A stretch of DNA of 39,776 nucleotides from Kofleriaceae bacterium (lineage in GTDB: Bacteria; Myxococcota_A; Polyangia; Haliangiales; Haliangiaceae): NCBI GenBank assembly GCA_046597055.1, contig JBKJLC010000162.1:1-39776 (forward strand), in the 5' to 3' direction. Below the pieces are notes generated by a model. The model searched no databases. It was not told where the DNA came from and was given only the letters and a program-made list of their open reading frames with translations. The position numbers were made by a program, and so were the translations under genes. The first letter of the stretch is position 1; each line of letters begins with the position of its first letter. This document shows, in pieces, positions 35,343-39,776 of this stretch.

Positions 35343-37661
35343 ATGCGTCTATGGACCACGACGATCGCCGCCGCGCTGTACGCGGCGGTTGCAGGCTGCG
35401 GCGACAACACGACCGAGGGACCGGCGGGGCCCGCCGGGCCCGCCGGCCCGGCCGGCCAGGATGGCGAAGATGGCGAAGATGGCGAGGGCGGCCCGGCCGG
35501 TCCCGGCGGGACCCCCGGTGAGCCCGGCACCAGCGGCGCGGTCTGTCCGCAAGGCGGACACAGCAGCATCGCGGCGGAAGGGGTGCCCGCTGGCGCGCCG
35601 CTGTCGTCGATGGTCGCGTTGACCTTCTGCGACGCGGCCAACACCGGCGCCACCAACATCGCCGACTACGTGAAGGCGCTGGTCGTGATGTACGGCCGGC
35701 AGCGGCTGCCGGCTGGCTTCCAGTTCCCGCTCGCGGCCGCCACCACCGACTCGGTGCGCGCCATCCGCGGCCTGGTGCCCGACGTGGTCGTGAAGTGGCT
35801 CGATCCGCTGACCTGGGACAACATGACCAGCCCGTCGGTGACGCCGCGGTTCGGCGCCAACGCCGACTACATCGCCTACCTCGGCGACGGCTGGCAGGGC
35901 AACGGCACGCCGTACTGGCAGGGCAGCGACACGTCGGCGTGGGTCTGGGTCAACCACGAGTACGTCTCGAACGGCCGACCGCGCCCGACCGCCGCCCCGA
36001 CCGGGCAACACGCGACCATGGCGCGGTTCCTGTCGCACTGGGGCACGATCGCCGGGGCGCCCACCTCGAATGCGTGGTCGAACGCCGATCTCACCGTCTA
36101 CACCGACGAGTGGAAGCGGCAGGTCGGCGGCTCCTGGATGCATCTGGTCGCCGACCCGGCCACCGGGCGCTGGGAGATCGACCGGTCGCAGCCCGCCCGT
36201 CGCTACGACGCGACCGACGCGACGTTGGTCAAGGTGTCCGGCCTCGATGTCAGCCCGGATCATGACGACAACGGCGTGGCCCTTCCCGAGGACGTGGTCG
36301 TCGGGATCCAGGGCAACTGCTCCGGTGGCGTCACCCCGTGGGGCACGGTGATCACGGCCGAGGAGAACGTGCAGGCCGCCTACGGCGACCTCGAGACCGC
36401 CTGGAGCTCGGGCAACCGCTTCCAGCCCGGCCGCGGCTTCGACCCGGGCGCGCGCGTCGCCTTCGACGTCGCCCCGTCGGTCGAGGCCGATTTCGGTGCC
36501 AGTCCGCTGGCGACCGCGTCGCACCCCAAGGACGGCTACGGCTTCCTGGTCGAGGTCGATCCCGGCCAGGCCCCCGAGGAGTACTACGGCAAGACCACCC
36601 CGGGCACCGGCCATCGCAAGCTCGGCACCCTGGGTCGCGCGATCTGGGAGAACGCGACCTTCGTGGTCGGCGCCGACTGGAAGCTGATCCCGGGCCAGCC
36701 GATCGTGCTGTACGCCGGCAACGACCGCCGCTCGGGTCACATCTACAAGTACGTCACCACCCAGCCCTACACGGCGGGCATGACGAAGGCGCAGACCCGC
36801 GCGCTGCTCGACAGCGGCAAGGTCTACCTCGCCCACTTCGCCGGGCTCGACAACACCCACGGTCGCCGCCTGCTGGCGGGCACGGCCACGCCGACCGAGG
36901 CGGCGCCGGGCACCGGCCAGTGGCTCGAGCTGTCGACCACGTCGACCGCGGTCGCACCCAACGCGGCCAGCCTCGGGACGCCGGGCAAGACGGTGGGCGC
37001 CGCGCTCACCGACCTGTCGTGGAACGGCATCGGCGGGTTCGGCACCGACGCCGACGTCCGGACGGCGCTGTTCACCGCGTCGCTCAAGGTCGGCGCGATG
37101 GAGCTCAACCGGCCCGAGGACCTCGAGTACAACCCGCGCGACCTGTCGGGCACGCCGCGCATCTACGTCGCCTTCACCAACTTCAACGGCACGACCGCGC
37201 TCGACCAGACCGGCAAGCTGGTGGCGGCGGGCGCGGTCCAGCCGGCGCGCGCCGATCGGGTCGGCGGCATCTTCGCGATGCAGGAGGCGGTCACCGCCAC
37301 CCCGGGCAGCTCGTCGACGTTCACCTTCTGGCAAGTGTGGGGTGGCTCGGCCGCCGGTGGGGTGCTCGATGCCGGTTCCCCCGACAACCTCGCGATCGAT
37401 CGCGAGGGAGGCGTGTGGTTCGGGACCGATGGCTACTTCGGCGCGAGCATGCGGCGGTCGGCTGACGCCATCTACTACCTGGATCTGGACCCGACCCATC
37501 GCACCTTCGCGGCCACCACCTACGGCACCGCGTTCCGCGTGGTGACCGCGCCGAGCGACGCTGAGGCCACCGGGCCGGCATTCTCGGCCGCGATGGGCAC
37601 GCTGTTCTTCAACGTGCAGCATCCCGGCGAGGACGTGCAGTCGAGCTGGCCGGCGCGGTGA
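35343..37661 (+). CDS. phoX: PhoX-family alkaline phosphatase, lipoprotein with N-terminal collagen-like stalk
   Basis: GAGGAG RBS; lipobox VAGC; 14 Gly-X-Y triplets; PhoX motifs VNHEY, NCSGGVTPWGT..TAEEN, NRPED, PDNL, EATGPAF, FNVQHPG. 772 aa. Confidence 0.9.
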   Translation: MRLWTTTIAAALYAAVAGCGDNTTEGPAGPAGPAGPAGQDGEDGEDGEGGPAGPGGTPGEPGTSGAVCPQGGHSSIAAEGVPAGAPLSSMVALTFCDAANTGATNIADYVKALVVMYGRQRLPAGFQFPLAAATTDSVRAIRGLVPDVVVKWLDPLTWDNMTSPSVTPRFGANADYIAYLGDGWQGNGTPYWQGSDTSAWVWVNHEYVSNGRPRPTAAPTGQHATMARFLSHWGTIAGAPTSNAWSNADLTVYTDEWKRQVGGSWMHLVADPATGRWEIDRSQPARRYDATDATLVKVSGLDVSPDHDDNGVALPEDVVVGIQGNCSGGVTPWGTVITAEENVQAAYGDLETAWSSGNRFQPGRGFDPGARVAFDVAPSVEADFGASPLATASHPKDGYGFLVEVDPGQAPEEYYGKTTPGTGHRKLGTLGRAIWENATFVVGADWKLIPGQPIVLYAGNDRRSGHIYKYVTTQPYTAGMTKAQTRALLDSGKVYLAHFAGLDNTHGRRLLAGTATPTEAAPGTGQWLELSTTSTAVAPNAASLGTPGKTVGAALTDLSWNGIGGFGTDADVRTALFTASLKVGAMELNRPEDLEYNPRDLSGTPRIYVAFTNFNGTTALDQTGKLVAAGAVQPARADRVGGIFAMQEAVTATPGSSSTFTFWQVWGGSAAGGVLDAGSPDNLAIDREGGVWFGTDGYFGASMRRSADAIYYLDLDPTHRTFAATTYGTAFRVVTAPSDAEATGPAFSAAMGTLFFNVQHPGEDVQSSWPAR
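35418..35543 (+). repeat. collagen-like (Gly-X-Y)14 coding repeat
   Basis: GPA GPA GPA GPA GQD GED GED GEG GPA GPG GTP GEP GTS GAV. Confidence 0.9.
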
Positions 37662-39364
37662 TGGCGATGGCGCGCGTGGTCGGTGCAGCGATCGTGGCCT
37701 CGGCGCTCGCGTGCGCGGCGGTCGCGGCCTGCGCGCGGCGGGGTGGGTCGTCACCGCCCGAGGGGCGGATCGACCTCGGCGCGGGCGGGGCGTCGGCCCA
37801 CGACCCGCTCGCGGTCGCGCGCCTGACCCGCGGCCAGGTCGGCAACGCCGAGGCCGCGGTCCCGCCCATGTGTTACACGCGCACCGGCGGGGTCTCGAAC
37901 CCGTGCTGGGTGTGCCACACGGACGGGCGCGGTCGCAACTCGCTCGATGACAGCGCGCTGCAGGAGGCGTACGCCTTCTCCGAGGAGGCCAAGGTCAATC
38001 GCTGGACCAACCTGTTCGCCGATCGCCGCGGGTTCGTCGCGTCGATCGCCGATCGCGAGATCCTGGCGTGGGTGCGCACCGACAACGTCACGCCGCTGCG
38101 CGCGGCGATGGCGGCGGCGCCCGCGGACTACCTCGGCTTCCGACCCGACCTCGACTTCGCGGCCGGGTTCGATGCCGATGGCTTCGCGCGCGACGGCACC
38201 GGCTGGCGTGCGGTCCGGTTCCAGCCGTTCCTGGGCGCGTTCTGGCCGACCAATGGCTCGACCAGCGATGTCTTTGTCCGGCTCCCGGACAGCTTTCGCC
38301 GCGCCGGTGACGGCGCGGTCAGCCCCGCGATCTACCGGCTCAACCTGGCGCTGGTCGAGGCCGCGGTCGCGGTGACCGAGTACGGCCCCCGCGCGGTCGA
38401 TCGCGAGGTCGAGCCGGTCGACGAGCGGCTGCTCGGCGTCGATCTCGACGGCGACGGGTCGATCCGGGCCGGGACCACCCGGGTGCGTCGGTTGCCGCCT
38501 CGCTACGCCGGCGGGGCCGCCGACGTGCCGGTGGTGGCGCAGGCGTTCCCGCGCGGCGCCGAGCTGCTGCACAGCGTGCGCTACCTCGATCCCGACCAGC
38601 CGACCATGATGGCGCCCCGCATGAAGGAGCTCCGCTACATGCGCAAGGTGGGCGCGCTCGACGACTGGGCGCTCCAGCGCGCGTACAGCGACGAGGCCGA
38701 GGACAAGCTCCGCGGCAAGCTGCCGGTGTATCAGGGCGATCCCGAGGTCGGCCTGCTCGGCGACTTCGGCTGGCAGCTGCAGGGGTTCATCGAGGACGAG
38801 CGCGGCGCGCTGCGGCTGCAGACCGAGGAGGAGCATCGGTTCTGCATGGGCTGCCATGGCCACGTCGGGGTCACGGTCGACCAGACGTTTGCCTTCGCCC
38901 GCAAGGTGCCGGGCGCGGACGGCTGGCGCCACCAGGACCTGCGAGGCTTGCGCGACCGGCCGCAGGTCGGGCACGTCGAGCCCGAGCTCCTGACCTACTT
39001 CCGCCGGGTCCAGGGTGGCGACGAGACCCGCTCGAACGAGGAGCTGCTCGCGCGCTTCTTCCCGGGCGGTCACCTCGCCGAGGCCGAGCTGCGCCGGGCC
39101 GCGGTCGGTGGTGACCGAGATCTGGCGTGGGTGCTGTTCCCGGGTCGCGCGCGGGCGCTCGCCCTCGACAAGGCCTACCTGGCGGTGGTGCGCGAGCAGA
39201 GCTTCACGCGCGGGCGCGACGCGACGCTGGCGCCGGCGACCCGGGTCCACGACCGCATCGTCGACGAGGGCACCGGGCTGGGCGAGGCCGGCCGGGTCCA
39301 TCGCGACGGTCGCTTGCATCTGCGCTGGGAGGTGCCGTCGGCGCCCCCGCCGCAACCCGATTGA
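37661..39364 (+). CDS. uncharacterised di-heme c-type cytochrome lipoprotein
   Basis: TGATG overlap with the phoX stop; hydrophobic signal ending VAAC; CWVCH (37904-37918) and CMGCH (38843-38857). Confidence 0.8.
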   Translation: MAMARVVGAAIVASALACAAVAACARRGGSSPPEGRIDLGAGGASAHDPLAVARLTRGQVGNAEAAVPPMCYTRTGGVSNPCWVCHTDGRGRNSLDDSALQEAYAFSEEAKVNRWTNLFADRRGFVASIADREILAWVRTDNVTPLRAAMAAAPADYLGFRPDLDFAAGFDADGFARDGTGWRAVRFQPFLGAFWPTNGSTSDVFVRLPDSFRRAGDGAVSPAIYRLNLALVEAAVAVTEYGPRAVDREVEPVDERLLGVDLDGDGSIRAGTTRVRRLPPRYAGGAADVPVVAQAFPRGAELLHSVRYLDPDQPTMMAPRMKELRYMRKVGALDDWALQRAYSDEAEDKLRGKLPVYQGDPEVGLLGDFGWQLQGFIEDERGALRLQTEEEHRFCMGCHGHVGVTVDQTFAFARKVPGADGWRHQDLRGLRDRPQVGHVEPELLTYFRRVQGGDETRSNEELLARFFPGGHLAEAELRRAAVGGDRDLAWVLFPGRARALALDKAYLAVVREQSFTRGRDATLAPATRVHDRIVDEGTGLGEAGRVHRDGRLHLRWEVPSAPPPQPD

Positions 39365-39395
39365 GCCGGGTCGAGCGGTCTGCTACCACTGAACG

Positions 39396-39776
39396 ATGCG
39401 GCTGACCGGGACGAGCGTGGTACGAGGCGCGCTGATCACCGCCGTGCTGGCGACGATGCCAGCCCTGGCGGCGGGCTGCGGACGCCGCGCCGCGTCGGGC
39501 CCGGCCTGGCCGGGGAGCGTCGGACGCATCGAGGGCGGCGACTGGACCAAGGACGGCGGCGAGAGCATCGATCCGGTGACGCGCTCCGAGCACGTGGCCG
39601 CGGTCGAGCACGCCGAGCCGCGCCCGTCCGACCCGGCCAAGGTCGAGGCGCCGGTCGTCAAGGCCGACGACAAGGCCGCCAAGCCGGCCGAGGGCAAGTC
39701 GACCACCGAGCCGGCGAAGTCGGACGACCTCGAGATCAAGGAAGTCCCGCTCAACCCCGATGACGTGATCATCATC
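39396..39776 (+). CDS. putative lipoprotein, truncated by window end
   Basis: Open frame from ATG 39396 to the edge: MRLTGTSVVRGALITAVLATMPALAAGC (lipobox), then a charged low-complexity region. Not in the ORF track because it has no stop. Confidence 0.7.
   Translation, partial: MRLTGTSVVRGALITAVLATMPALAAGCGRRAASGPAWPGSVGRIEGGDWTKDGGESIDPVTRSEHVAAVEHAEPRPSDPAKVEAPVVKADDKAAKPAEGKSTTEPAKSDDLEIKEVPLNPDDVIII

Overview
A very GC-rich bacterial chromosomal window, most likely from Myxococcota. This is inferred from the Hanks-type Ser/Thr kinase, many lipoproteins, sigma54 promoters and a perfect Myxococcus-type LexA box. About 34 genes are supportable; I saw no rRNA, tRNA, CRISPR array or mobile element. 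Main blocks: (1) kinase, aat and a sigma54/enhancer-driven multidomain M4/M36-like metalloprotease lipoprotein; (2) a complete reductive pyrimidine catabolism cluster (preA-like, beta-ureidopropionase, hydA, class-III aminotransferase, divergent mmsA) whose dehydrogenase looks like the plant PYD1 type, with no PreT partner and no ferredoxin tail; (3) a stand-alone LexA-boxed dnaE2; (4) a bufferin-type RiPP cluster (DoxX, Cys-rich precursor, DUF692 MNIO, DUF2063) whose precursor carries a lipobox, flanked by two 12-Cys lipoproteins; (5) AKR, a RIO1 kinase with tandem repeats and an NtrC-family activator; (6) a ~13 kb candidate phosphate-scavenging locus: pseudo-receiver OmpR regulator, TonB-ExbB-ExbD-ExbD, TonB-dependent receptor, Asp-rich surface lipoprotein, and a collagen-stalked lipoprotein PhoX translationally coupled to an uncharacterised di-heme (2x CxxCH) lipoprotein. 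Three promoters in block 6 show Pho-box-like geometry. Family assignments come from motif recognition by eye; no database searches were run.
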